The translations under genes and the position numbers were made by a program. Below, one piece after another: positions 10,036 to 19,867 of a stretch of DNA of 64,000 nt. Every line of letters begins with the position of its first letter. Position 1 is the stretch's first letter. Location: IMG/VR virus record IMGVR_UViG_3300047095_000811, positions 64,001 through 128,000 of that record, one strand, 5' to 3'. The notes under the pieces are model-generated. The model searched no databases and was not told the origin of the DNA. It saw nothing but the letters and a program-made list of their open reading frames with translations. This DNA is from a virus.

Positions 10036-10635
10036 TCACACTTTCTTGAAGATCTCGTAAGCCTTACCGCCGAGTACCGGAATCAGGCCGAGGCGGGAGT
10101 TGGTGCGCATGATCATGAAGGCGAACTTCACGAAGACGGCGTACTCCTTCGGGTTAGCGCAGTTCTTGGCGAACAGGTTCACCGTGTTGAACATGCAGAT
10201 CATCTTCTCGCGGAACTCGGCGTCCTTGATAGAGTCGATGGTCTGCATCACCTTCTGGTAGTGGAGGCCGACGATCCGGTTGCGGCGGTACAGGGAGCGC
10301 ATTTCGCGTTCGTCCGTCAGGCGCAGGGAATTTAGGCGCTTCACCCCGGAGATGTCCACCATCTCCAGAATCTTCTCGGAGTTATTGATCAGATCGGCGT
10401 TCATCAAGACGTTCTTGGCTGCGGCAATCTGGTGGGGCTGGCTCTCGGGGTCGGCGATGTCGGCTTCTGCCTTCTTCGTCATCCCCTCAAGGTACATGTT
10501 CATCACATCGACGTAGCCCTTGCGGATGTCTTCCACGTCTTGCTTCAGCGCGGCCAGCTTGCCAGCCACGTCCTCTTGGAGGTCGAATTCTTCGCCCAAC
10601 TCTTCAAGAGTCACTTCGTCCTTTTGTTCTTGCAT
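10036..10635 (-). CDS. hypothetical protein
   Basis: 199 aa in the terminase operon. Confidence 0.7.
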   Translation of the reverse strand: MQEQKDEVTLEELGEEFDLQEDVAGKLAALKQDVEDIRKGYVDVMNMYLEGMTKKAEADIADPESQPHQIAAAKNVLMNADLINNSEKILEMVDISGVKRLNSLRLTDEREMRSLYRRNRIVGLHYQKVMQTIDSIKDAEFREKMICMFNTVNLFAKNCANPKEYAVFVKFAFMIMRTNSRLGLIPVLGGKAYEIFKKV

Positions 10636-11381
10636 CAGTTCAGTCCTTTTAGTTTTTCGACGAGTTCGTCGCGGAACTCGGTTGTGATGTGAGGGAAGTC
10701 GTCGTGCTCGGGGAAGTCGCAGACGTAGCGATGGAAAGCCTCGCAGACGTCCATCCCGTCAAAGATCTTGTGGATCGTGGAGACTTGGTCGTAGTTCAGC
10801 ACCAGTCCGTTGATTTCCTCGGTGAGGTCAGCTCCGCTGGAGATGTACTCTGCGGCAATTTCTTGATAGAACGCGACGAGGCTGATGTATGTCGGAGAGA
10901 TCTCCGGGACTTCTTCCTTCAGGCGTGGGAGCATGAAGTCTTTCTTCGTCTCTTTCTTGAACCGCTGGGCGAGATCTTTGCGCTGGGAGATTGCGGATGC
11001 AACCATCATGTCCAGAACGTTGCGGCGGCGGTTGAAGTAGAAGAAGTAGTAGACGAAGCGCATGTCGGACTGCGAGTCTACAGAGACTGCGGAGGGTTCG
11101 ATTACTCCTTCGTAGTCCTTGGTGAACTGTTCGTAGATCAGAGTCCACACGGTCTTCTTGAGCTCTTCGAGAGACTCGCGGTGGTCGTTTTCTTGGGCCA
11201 CCACGATGGACATGTTGATCTTCTCCAGAATCGCTTCTAGGTAGTCGGTGCTCTGGGTCTCAAGCTGGAGGCTTTTATTGGCGAGGAACTCCTGAAGCCC
11301 CTCGTGCAGAAGGGCGTAGGACTCCTCCATGTAAGCCTCGGGCTCGATGGCGCTAGGGCTCAGGGAGTCGAGATTGCTCAT
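10635..11381 (-). CDS. hypothetical protein
   Basis: 248 aa directly downstream of the terminase. Confidence 0.7.
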   Translation of the reverse strand: MSNLDSLSPSAIEPEAYMEESYALLHEGLQEFLANKSLQLETQSTDYLEAILEKINMSIVVAQENDHRESLEELKKTVWTLIYEQFTKDYEGVIEPSAVSVDSQSDMRFVYYFFYFNRRRNVLDMMVASAISQRKDLAQRFKKETKKDFMLPRLKEEVPEISPTYISLVAFYQEIAAEYISSGADLTEEINGLVLNYDQVSTIHKIFDGMDVCEAFHRYVCDFPEHDDFPHITTEFRDELVEKLKGLN

Positions 11382-11383
11382 TT

Positions 11384-13444
11384 TTATTTCCGTAGAATGC
11401 TGAGAGTTGATGTATTAATCACCAGTTCGCGTTTACCGTTCTTGGGTGAGAACTTGTCCTTGGCGTACTTCAATATGTCGATACCACGGTCGTGGAGGTC
11501 AATCATTTCTTGAAGAGAGAGACCGGACACGATCTCGGGTGCCTTCTGGACGCGGTTCAGGTCGGCGATCGAGCGCGGGACGCTCTTCCCTGAAGACACG
11601 ACCTGCGCGTTTGCCGAAATCGACGAGCTGGTGCGAAGGAAGTGCGAGATCGAGTTACCGTAGGCGACTGCGTAGCGGACGAAGAGGTATGCGAAGAGAA
11701 CGTCATCATGGCATCCCCGCTCGTGCTCCACCTTGCCCTTGGAGTCGTACACCAAGGTCTTGACCTCGTCGTACAGATCCTTGACGCCAAGCAGGTTCGG
11801 GTCCTCGTCGACGACCTGAACCAGCAGGTCGATCATCGCATCGCGGGACTGCTGCGTGGTGTTCACGCCGTACGTGATGTTGTCCTTCTTCGTCCGGTAG
11901 AGCTTATCCTTGTCCTTGTCCTTGATAGGGTAATCGTAGAAAAGGTTGTTAGGGATTCTCCGCACCAGATGGTCGACGAGCGACTTACCGTAGCTGTTCC
12001 GTTCGATCACTAGGACGGAGTCGGTCAGCAGGTTCTTTACCACCCACTCAAGCAGGGACGAGTAGTACGCGAGGTTGATCTTGTTGTTTCTGAAGATCGC
12101 ACAGGGGTACATGTCGATCGGATCGACCACGACGAAGGCAGACGAGTCGTTGCCCGTGCCGCCAGAAGTATCGACGCCGATCAGGTAGCGTTTGCTCTTC
12201 TCAAGCGGGCGGTACACCTTGAGCGGGTACTTCTCAAACACCTTCCCGGTCACCACGTCCGGGTCGTCGGTGACGGACATGAAGACCGTCTCGATCGGCT
12301 CCTCGACGAGGTGAGAGTAGATGACGTCCAGCTGCTCTTCAGAGAAGACCGAGTTATCGGAAGCCTTCGTCCATTCAAGGTCGATCTCTCGGCGGATGAC
12401 CAGCTGGTCGTTGGTCAGGGCGCGACATTCTTTGTTGTACCAAGCGTCGTCCAACCCAAGCTGCTGCCAAGTGAACTTGATGTACAAGAAGTCGTTGCTG
12501 GAGTTCGCGGTGATGTACGCTCTCGCATCCTCCTGATTCATGTCGTACAGCTCCTCGGTGAACTCGCAGGCCCCCATGATCATGGAGTGGCAGTATTCGC
12601 CCTCTGCGGAGTCGAGGTTGTTTGGCGTAGTCGTGATAATCTTGGAGAAGGGCTTGCCGTTATCCTTAGCGATCTCGGCGACCTTAGACTGCGCGGGGGC
12701 AGCAGATTTGTACACGACGCCGTTGTGGCGGAGGAAGGCAAACTCGTCCAGCCAGAGGATCGGGGTGGTCATACCGCGTCCCTGCTTGTCAGCAGCTTCG
12801 TGCGAATTCGGAGAGCCGGAGCACTTGATCGAGTTGTTGCGCTTGGCGTTGATGATGGACTCGATGTTGTTCGTGTCCTCGTCATTGAAGATTGCTTCCT
12901 GCACGTAGTCTGGCAGCAGGCCGCGAATATCCTTCAGGCGCTTGAGGTTGTTGTTCGCGTCAGCCACGCTCTTGTTGGAGAACAGCATCTGCGAGTTGGT
13001 GGTGCCGAAGTCGTAGATCCAAGCGAGGATCGCAGCCACCGACATGGTCTTGCCCTTCTGCCGTGGCAGCAGAAGGATCGGATTGAAATTGTTCAGCACA
13101 GCCCAGACCACGGCAAGGTTGCCGCGATGGAGCTCAAACCGAAGGGCCTTACCCGGAGCCGGGATGCGGGCCACCTCTCTCAGGAAGTACCAAGGATTGC
13201 GGACGATCTCAGTGATGACCCTTGCTTTCTCGTCCCTGGTGATGCGCTTGTTGTGCGGATCGACATTCATCAGGCTCTTGTCGTACAGGCGCAGGAAGAA
13301 CTTGTTGTTCGATACCCCCTGTTCCTTCAGGTGCTTAAAGAGCTTGACAAACGATATGTTCTTCGTTGTCGTATGAATGGTGTAGTCGTCGTACACCACT
13401 TTGCCGAAGTAAGGATCAACCTCACTCCGCTTTTTGGCCGTCAT
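11384..13444 (-). CDS. terL: terminase large subunit
   Basis: Walker A LLPRQKGKT, Walker B WLDEFAF, ITTT coupling motif, RNase H-like nuclease IGVDTSGG...HDDVLFA. Confidence 0.92.
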   Translation of the reverse strand: MTAKKRSEVDPYFGKVVYDDYTIHTTTKNISFVKLFKHLKEQGVSNNKFFLRLYDKSLMNVDPHNKRITRDEKARVITEIVRNPWYFLREVARIPAPGKALRFELHRGNLAVVWAVLNNFNPILLLPRQKGKTMSVAAILAWIYDFGTTNSQMLFSNKSVADANNNLKRLKDIRGLLPDYVQEAIFNDEDTNNIESIINAKRNNSIKCSGSPNSHEAADKQGRGMTTPILWLDEFAFLRHNGVVYKSAAPAQSKVAEIAKDNGKPFSKIITTTPNNLDSAEGEYCHSMIMGACEFTEELYDMNQEDARAYITANSSNDFLYIKFTWQQLGLDDAWYNKECRALTNDQLVIRREIDLEWTKASDNSVFSEEQLDVIYSHLVEEPIETVFMSVTDDPDVVTGKVFEKYPLKVYRPLEKSKRYLIGVDTSGGTGNDSSAFVVVDPIDMYPCAIFRNNKINLAYYSSLLEWVVKNLLTDSVLVIERNSYGKSLVDHLVRRIPNNLFYDYPIKDKDKDKLYRTKKDNITYGVNTTQQSRDAMIDLLVQVVDEDPNLLGVKDLYDEVKTLVYDSKGKVEHERGCHDDVLFAYLFVRYAVAYGNSISHFLRTSSSISANAQVVSSGKSVPRSIADLNRVQKAPEIVSGLSLQEMIDLHDRGIDILKYAKDKFSPKNGKRELVINTSTLSILRK

Positions 13445-13500
13445 GGTTACTCCGAAAAAAAAAGAGGACACTATCTAAGTGTCCTCTTTCTCGCAGAGGT

Positions 13501-13746
13501 TTACGCCTCTACGTGGAACATCCCGTCGCCTTGTGGGCAAAGGTCATCCAGTTCGTCGAGCTGAGAATCGAAGAATTCCTTGAAGGCTTTTTCGGCCTTC
13601 TGGACCATGCGCTTCACACCCGACATCGAGTCACGGCGCTTCTTCTTCGGCGCTTCAGTCTTGATACCCCAGTACTCCGGCATCTCCTGAAGCATCTCTT
13701 GCTGTTCGATCTCGTAAGTCGCCTTGGCTACCATCGATGCGTCCAT
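13501..13746 (-). CDS. hypothetical protein
   Basis: 81 aa, AAGGAG RBS. Confidence 0.7.
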   Translation of the reverse strand: MDASMVAKATYEIEQQEMLQEMPEYWGIKTEAPKKKRRDSMSGVKRMVQKAEKAFKEFFDSQLDELDDLCPQGDGMFHVEA

Positions 13747-13760
13747 CTCTGGTCTCCTTC

Positions 13761-13955
13761 TCAGTGGCGAGTTTGATTCAGTTCGACTTCCAGATAGCTC
13801 TGGACGTCAGACATCTTCTCTTCGCCGTCGAAGACGAACTGTTGCCCCGCGATCTCAACGATCACGCTGCTGCTTTCCGCCGGGAAAGTCATGGTGCCTT
13901 TGAGTGCCCCGATTTTGATCTTGGTGACCAAGTCTTTTTGTTGTACTGTTGCCAT
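13761..13955 (-). CDS. hypothetical protein
   Basis: 64 aa, AAGGA RBS. Confidence 0.65.
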   Translation of the reverse strand: MATVQQKDLVTKIKIGALKGTMTFPAESSSVIVEIAGQQFVFDGEEKMSDVQSYLEVELNQTRH

Positions 13956-14087
13956 TTCAAGGATTCCTTTGCAAAGAAAGGTATCGATAACGCACCGATA
14001 CCACGATAATAATATCTCCGAATCTGACGGGCAGTTACGGTAAAAGAAAAAAAGAACAGCGGATGCCGCAATGGCATCCGCTTCTTG

Positions 14088-14708
14088 TTACACCGTCTCG
14101 GTGTGCTCTTGGTGGTAGTGATCGCGGATCACAGAAATCTTGGCAAGGTAGTCGACAATCGTTCTCGGATTGACGTACTTACCGTTCCCGTTCCGCCAGA
14201 TCGCGTTAGCCATCTGGAGCACTTGGCGCTCCTTGGTGATGAAGTCGTCGTCGCGACCGATCCGAGCCATGCGGTCTTCCACGCTCAGCTCTTCGTAGTT
14301 GACGTCGAGGCCGATCGTCACGATGTTGTAACCAGAGGCAATGTGGTTGTTGCGCTGGTTCTTTTCCAGCAGATCCTGCAGACCCTCTTCGGCGAGGATG
14401 ATGGTGGCAATCTTGCCGTCCACGAAGTCGGGGAGTGAACCGTACAGGTCCTTGAAGATGGATCCGGGATTGGTGCCGAGTACCCCGATCAGGTCGTCCT
14501 GCAGGTACCCGAAGGTTTGGCGCTGGATGAAGATGTAGGGGTCGCCTTGGCGCTCACCGGGGCGCATGGCGCGGGTGGAGAACTGCTGCAGCTTGTAGAA
14601 CAGCTCCGGATAGTCAGAGATGAGGTTCTTTTCGAGGGTGCTCTTGCCAGAGCCGGAGACGCCGACGATCGCGAGGATGGTGGGCTTGAGAATCGAGAAG
14701 TGTTCCAT
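14088..14708 (-). CDS. gmk: guanylate kinase-like (d)NMP kinase
   Basis: P-loop GVSGSGKST and the STRAMRPGERQGDPYIF signature. Confidence 0.85.
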   Translation of the reverse strand: MEHFSILKPTILAIVGVSGSGKSTLEKNLISDYPELFYKLQQFSTRAMRPGERQGDPYIFIQRQTFGYLQDDLIGVLGTNPGSIFKDLYGSLPDFVDGKIATIILAEEGLQDLLEKNQRNNHIASGYNIVTIGLDVNYEELSVEDRMARIGRDDDFITKERQVLQMANAIWRNGNGKYVNPRTIVDYLAKISVIRDHYHQEHTETV

Positions 14709-14740
14709 CTGGGTTTCCTTTCACATTAGAGGACACATTC

Positions 14741-14805
14741 ATTATATATCCTAAAACGCTGTTTAGCTTTATGACGAATCTGCAAATGCGTCCCTCATAT
14801 ATGAT
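14741..14805. promoter_or_regulatory. divergent promoter region
   Basis: Minus strand: AACA-N6-TA 14752-14763 and GATATATAAT 14741-14750. Plus strand: CATATATGAT 14796-14805. Confidence 0.6.
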
Positions 14806-14837
14806 GCTTATGAGATTAAACCTATATGGGGTGTACA

Positions 14838-15101
14838 ATGAACAACTCGCAAATCGTTTCGTTCGAAGTAACAGAAGGTGAACTTCTGGAGATCATGACG
14901 CGCTCGGCTTCTCAAGAGACTCTTAAGAGACTGAACCGTGTGCGCAGCCAGATGGCCGATCTAGCCAGACAGGAAGCAGAACTTCTTGAGAGCCTTCAGA
15001 GAGACCGCCTCCGCTTGGATCAATTAGAGCGCCGCAACCAGCTGAATCGCGACATCACCAGGACAATTACGTATGATGCAATGGCACGTCGCCGCTTCTG
15101 A
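14838..15101 (+). CDS. small coiled-coil protein
   Basis: Heptad-rich 87-aa ORF downstream of an ATATATnAT motif. Confidence 0.6.
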   Translation: MNNSQIVSFEVTEGELLEIMTRSASQETLKRLNRVRSQMADLARQEAELLESLQRDRLRLDQLERRNQLNRDITRTITYDAMARRRF

Positions 15102-15159
15102 TGTAAGAAAAATCACCGGACATTACTATAGTACGGTGATTTTTTTTTGAGAGGTTATC

Positions 15160-15492
15160 ATGGGTACGCTAAGAGAACTTGGGTCGAAGCTCGACCATTC
15201 CATCAGAGAGGTGAACAGCCCTCACTGGTCTTTGACTAAGCTGGGCATGCTGTTCTTCCTTTTTCCGTCCATCACCGGCGTCTTCATCTACGACGCCATC
15301 ATCAATAAGCGCATGGACTGGATGAACACCGCCATCTTCATCACTGGCATCGTGACTCCCCGTCTCATCAGCCAGATCCTTGCAGCTCGCTTCGGCTATC
15401 AAGGGAAAAACGGCGAGAAGCTGGACGGAGACAACTCCATTGACGCCAGCCCTAAAGATGAAGGCGTCGTCGAACAAGCTGAGAAGAAGTAA
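15160..15492 (+). CDS. two-TM membrane protein, holin candidate
   Basis: Two hydrophobic segments, charged C-terminus, GACA-N6-TA late-type promoter. Confidence 0.4.
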   Translation: MGTLRELGSKLDHSIREVNSPHWSLTKLGMLFFLFPSITGVFIYDAIINKRMDWMNTAIFITGIVTPRLISQILAARFGYQGKNGEKLDGDNSIDASPKDEGVVEQAEKK

Positions 15493-15552
15493 TTAAAACC
15501 CCCATACCCGCGAAGGGTATGGGGATCTAACGCTGAAGGTCACCAGAGGCGA

Positions 15553-15963
15553 TTACTTCTTGGCGACGGGCTTCTTGGTCGGCAGCTTCGGAGCGACCTT
15601 CTTGACCGGAGCAGCTTCAGCCTTGGCGGCGGGCTTGGCAGCAGCCTTGGCCGGAGCCTTCTTGGCCTTCTTCTCGGAGTCCAGAACGCGGACGGCCTTG
15701 GCGACCTTGAACTTCAGGGTGCTGTAGGCTTCGACGGCGACGGTCTCGCCGGTACGGGGGTTGATGCGATCGCGAGCCGGGTTGTGAGCCCAACGGAAGG
15801 TGCCCAGCTTGGTGCGGACGCTTTCCTTCTCTTGGCAGACAGCCAGCAGGCCGGACAGGGTGGCTTCCACGTACTGTTCGGTTTCCTTCTTGTTGGCGGT
15901 CACACCGGCCTTGGCCAGCTCGGCTTGAACGGAGGCGATCAGATCGTCTTTGATGGCAGACAT
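15553..15963 (-). CDS. HU/IHF-family DNA-binding protein with PAKK-rich tail
   Basis: LGTF...ARDRINPRTGETV...KFK HU arm plus a Lys/Ala/Pro-rich C-terminus. Confidence 0.88.
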   Translation of the reverse strand: MSAIKDDLIASVQAELAKAGVTANKKETEQYVEATLSGLLAVCQEKESVRTKLGTFRWAHNPARDRINPRTGETVAVEAYSTLKFKVAKAVRVLDSEKKAKKAPAKAAAKPAAKAEAAPVKKVAPKLPTKKPVAKK

Positions 15964-16204
15964 GCTTTTATCCTTTTTGGAAATTGATGAAACGGGTGAG
16001 TTGTGAAGTGGTGCCCGTTGCCCTTACGGTCTATTGGGCGACCACAGGCTACTATTATGTTAGGCTTGCGCGGCATCGAAAAAGTCCGAACTAAGTACCG
16101 AAACTAGTTATGACCAATGAGATTGCGTGGCGCAAATCTGGTCTCATCAAGAAAAATGACGGAATGGCCGAAAATGGCCATTCCGCAGTTCACAAACATT
16201 CTTT

Positions 16205-16852
16205 TCAGTCCGCGAGCAGATGAGTCTCGATGATTTCCAGCAGGGTCTTCTTGCTGATGTTGCGTTCCGTCTCGATCTGCTTGACGATCTCGTCCGGCAG
16301 CGAGGCGGTCAGCGCCTTCAGGAACTTCAGCAGTTCTGCCTTGGTGTAGACGGCATACTGATCTGCAGTTAGAAGGTGGAGGCTGATGGAGTCGTCAGAG
16401 GTCTCGATGGTGTCCAGCAGACTTTCGGGGAGCTTGACTTCCTCTTCAGCCTGCTCTTCGGGAGCAGATTCCTCTTCAGAGGATTCCTCTTCGGAAGGAG
16501 CATCCTCTTCGGATTTTTCTTCCTCGGAAGGTTGCTCTTCCTCGGTCGATTCTTGCTGCTCCGGCTGCTCTACCACTTCGGTCTGAGACGCTGCTTCTTC
16601 AACAACGGTCTCTTCGACCTTTTCTTCGAACACTTCAGGAGCCTTTACTGCCTCGGTGTGATCGATGTTCTCGATGCCACCATCGGCGTAAACTACCTGC
16701 TTCACGATGACCTCGAAACCGTTCTCGGTCAGGAAGCGGTACTCACTCTTGGGAATGGTGACGTTGTGCAGAGGTCCAGTACGGCGGAAATACCCAACGA
16801 ATTTGTTGTCAAGGATGTCCACCTTCAGGAATGTGATTTTCGAAAGATCCAT
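16205..16852 (-). CDS. acidic hypothetical late protein
   Basis: 215 aa with a Glu-rich middle region. Confidence 0.7.
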   Translation of the reverse strand: MDLSKITFLKVDILDNKFVGYFRRTGPLHNVTIPKSEYRFLTENGFEVIVKQVVYADGGIENIDHTEAVKAPEVFEEKVEETVVEEAASQTEVVEQPEQQESTEEEQPSEEEKSEEDAPSEEESSEEESAPEEQAEEEVKLPESLLDTIETSDDSISLHLLTADQYAVYTKAELLKFLKALTASLPDEIVKQIETERNISKKTLLEIIETHLLAD

Positions 16853-16925
16853 TTGTTTTCCTTTGGGTTAGAAACGATCTTACTGTGCGATGACAGTAAG
16901 ATCGTTCCGTGAATCAAACCGTTGA

Positions 16926-17837
16926 TCAGTCTTCGCTGTCGTCGCCGGTGGAGTCGTCGCTTGCCAACTCGTCGATGCTGGACAGGAAGTCGTCCTCATC
17001 GAAGTTGTCGGGCAGGTCGCCGCCTTCGTCATCGTCACAACCTTCGTCGTCGATGTCATCGTCATCTTCGACGCCGTCATCATCGGTGGGCAGGTCGTTG
17101 TTGTCGGTGATCGCGTTGTCCGCAGATTCGCCGAGCAGGTAGCTCAGATAAGCGGGACCATTCAGGGTCTCGCCGAGGTTGTCGGCGGTCTTCAGGGTGT
17201 CGTTCTGATGGGTACCGACGGGGTGATCGACGGTTGTCTCGATGCTGTTCTCTTCAGCACTGCCTTCTTTATCGTTGACTTCGTCAGCAACGTTGGATGC
17301 AGTGATCTTGCCAGCAATCAGGTCATCCAGTTCGATCGGAACGCCAGCAGCTTCAGCATGTTTGGTGGAAACGCTGCGGCGAAGAGTGTTGCCGCCAGTC
17401 AGAATCTCATCGAAGCTCGTCGGCATGTCATTGAACTGCACGGAGAGATCGGAGTTGATGGAATCGGCGCTATTACGAACCACAAAATCGTGGTTCAGCT
17501 GACCGGGGCCACCGGGAATCATCGCTTCGTTCAGGTCCTTGTCACCTTCGGAAGCATGGCCACCGTGGTTGTCCGGATCATACAGATCGGCGAGGTCGTC
17601 GTTGGTGATGCCAGCGATCTGGTCTTGGTTGAAGAATTGGTACTTGTCGAAGTCACCGACGCCGCCGAGTTCCTTGACGGAGTTCGGGTTAACCGGCAGG
17701 TCAGCGGTTTCGACGAGGAAGGCCATGTCGGAAACGTCGCAGATCGCTTCTTCCACGGAGAGGGTCTCTCTCAGGGACAGTTCGGCGAGTTCAGCTTCGC
17801 TGAGGACATCGATCTTCTCTTTCAAAAGTGTGCTCAT
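16926..17837 (-). CDS. acidic protein, possible prohead core/scaffold
   Basis: 303 aa, Asp/Glu-rich, several LxE motifs, late promoter at 17884-17895. Confidence 0.5.
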   Translation of the reverse strand: MSTLLKEKIDVLSEAELAELSLRETLSVEEAICDVSDMAFLVETADLPVNPNSVKELGGVGDFDKYQFFNQDQIAGITNDDLADLYDPDNHGGHASEGDKDLNEAMIPGGPGQLNHDFVVRNSADSINSDLSVQFNDMPTSFDEILTGGNTLRRSVSTKHAEAAGVPIELDDLIAGKITASNVADEVNDKEGSAEENSIETTVDHPVGTHQNDTLKTADNLGETLNGPAYLSYLLGESADNAITDNNDLPTDDDGVEDDDDIDDEGCDDDEGGDLPDNFDEDDFLSSIDELASDDSTGDDSED

Positions 17838-17904
17838 GTTTGATTTCCTTGTGAACTTAAGGCGGGAGCCAATAGAGAAATTCTAAATTTCTGTTTGGCG
17901 AAAT

Positions 17905-19143
17905 TCAGTTTACGTTGGGTCTGCCAATGATCTCCTTGCGATAGTGTTTGATCGCATAGAGAACCAGCGGTACGACCCGGTAATCATCGACTGACTCCTC
18001 AGTGTCGTCGAGATCTTGGAGCAACTCGGAGAAGTTCTCCTTGTTGTAGTAGGCGTTGAGGTAGCGCACGACAAACGTCTGAAGCTTTCCGAGGTCCGTT
18101 GTGTCGTTTGCTTTGATTTTCGATATGAGCTCCGGAGAGAATGGAGAGATGACGATGTCCTCGGGTCTCTCGACCGCGCCGCTCTCCAGAGGCGTGGCTA
18201 AATAATGGTTCGTCTTCGAGAACCAATCTTGAGAGTACCTGGATGCACCGCACCCGACAACTACATACCGCGTCTCGGTGTTTGTAGAGTCGATATCGAC
18301 TCCACTGGAAGGGGCCTTCTCGGCAAAGGAGTACAGAGACTTCTTGTAGCGAGAGGGCTTCACCTTCTTCAAGATGTCAAGGTCGAGGTACTTGAACCGT
18401 CTGTAGATCTTGAAGCTTTCCTCCAGCTTGTTATGGAGCACGAAGTAGTTCAGCATGACGTCGATGATCGGACGACCGAGCGGATCCGACTCACTGTCAA
18501 CGTAGCAGCTGGTCTCCTTCGAGTAGTAGGTGTCGTCGTAACGCTCCAAGAGCGAGTCGTACACACCCTCCATCGCAAGGTAGAGATCGAAGTCGGTGCG
18601 CTTGATGATCGGGTTCGAGGTCTTGCCGATCAAGTTGTAGTCCACCGTGTATTCTTCGGCCACCTGTTCCTCGACGTCCTCGATGTTGAAGGACGAGAGT
18701 TTGAAGGTGATCTTGAAGTACTTCGAGTTGTTGTAATTGTCTTGTTCGACGTCTGTGACGATGAAGACCTTCCGCTCGTTCTGGTATTCGATCTCGAATA
18801 CGTCGTCGGAGCTAGGGACGATTGTGTCCGGAAGGATGATCGCGGAGGACGACACGTTGCCCACGACGCCGAAGTCGGTGATCTCGGTGCCGAACGAGGC
18901 GTTCTCCACCTTGTAAATCGGCAGGTTGTCGATCTGGTCGAACTCGACTGGAGAGTCGGCTCCGATCACTTCGTTGATGTTCTCCAGCCCTCTGTCGTAC
19001 GTGCTCTTGAGATGGTTCTTCGAGAAGTACGTGCAGAACGTCGGAGCGGAGTTCAGGAAGGTCGAGTAGTCCTTCGTCGCTTGCTCGATGTAGTGCCGGA
19101 CGTTGGCGTTCGTGACCCTCGTGTTGGGTAGAATTCTTCCCAT
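17905..19143 (-). CDS. putative virion structural protein
   Basis: 412 aa, late promoter at 19165-19176. Confidence 0.55.
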   Translation of the reverse strand: MGRILPNTRVTNANVRHYIEQATKDYSTFLNSAPTFCTYFSKNHLKSTYDRGLENINEVIGADSPVEFDQIDNLPIYKVENASFGTEITDFGVVGNVSSSAIILPDTIVPSSDDVFEIEYQNERKVFIVTDVEQDNYNNSKYFKITFKLSSFNIEDVEEQVAEEYTVDYNLIGKTSNPIIKRTDFDLYLAMEGVYDSLLERYDDTYYSKETSCYVDSESDPLGRPIIDVMLNYFVLHNKLEESFKIYRRFKYLDLDILKKVKPSRYKKSLYSFAEKAPSSGVDIDSTNTETRYVVVGCGASRYSQDWFSKTNHYLATPLESGAVERPEDIVISPFSPELISKIKANDTTDLGKLQTFVVRYLNAYYNKENFSELLQDLDDTEESVDDYRVVPLVLYAIKHYRKEIIGRPNVN

Positions 19144-19235
19144 GCAGGATCTCCTGATGATAGCTATTTTCTTGTTGAACGAACGAAGAAAAAGAAGCTC
19201 CCCATAGGCGCACGATGACGCCTATGGGTAAGCCT

Positions 19236-19382
19236 TCAGCCGTTCAGAATGAAGCGTTGGTCTTCACTCTTCTTCTCTTCATTCTCCTGCAAGAGGCCGT
19301 CCGCTTGTTCGTTCAGACCGTTTTTCTTCTCGGTCTGCATCAGGCCCTCGTTGAAGGGCATCTCCGGAACTTCGTTGCTCAT
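19236..19382 (-). CDS. 48-aa small protein (not in ORF track)
   Basis: MSNEVPEMPFNEGLMQ...QRFILNG*; AAGGA RBS, ATGA overlap with the upstream gene, terminator 19188-19229 follows. Confidence 0.65.
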   Translation of the reverse strand: MSNEVPEMPFNEGLMQTEKKNGLNEQADGLLQENEEKKSEDQRFILNG

Positions 19383-19867
19383 GATTTTTCCTTGATGTTC
19401 AGTATTTCTTCGCAGCGGTCAGAAAGCTTCCCAATCCTCACCAGCAGCACAGATATGTCGTCGTACAGATCGACTCCGTGTCGGTAGAACGACTGGAACT
19501 CCTCGTAGATGAACTCGTTGGAGTTGTGGACGATGCTCTTTGCCTGCTGACTCTTGCTCTTGAAGGAGCTAAGCCATCCAGTGTAAGCTCCGGCCCACTT
19601 GTCGACGAAGAGGTTGATCTCGATGATGAGGTCGAGCACCTCTCTGATGACGGTTGCTTCCTCCTTGGAGAACGCTCTGGACGCGTCTACCCCGTGGAGC
19701 GACTTTCTCAGAGCTTCCACGTACGGGAAGCAGTTATTGATAAATTCGAGGAAGTTGATTGACCCCCTCGGATTCATGCCGCCGAAGCGGGTGGTCGAGT
19801 CCAAATAGATCGACCAAAGGAGAGACCTCGTTCGAGACCTCCCCTTCAACCAGTTCCAAAATTTCAT
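19379..19867 (-). CDS. hypothetical protein
   Basis: 162 aa, translationally coupled to neighbours. Confidence 0.65.
   Translation of the reverse strand: MKFWNWLKGRSRTRSLLWSIYLDSTTRFGGMNPRGSINFLEFINNCFPYVEALRKSLHGVDASRAFSKEEATVIREVLDLIIEINLFVDKWAGAYTGWLSSFKSKSQQAKSIVHNSNEFIYEEFQSFYRHGVDLYDDISVLLVRIGKLSDRCEEILNIKEKS

Noticed and set aside
15964-16204. Possible tRNA in hairpin-rich intergenic DNA (also 26200-26460)
   Set aside because: No cloverleaf, TTC loop or CCA end; explained by leaders, promoters and terminators
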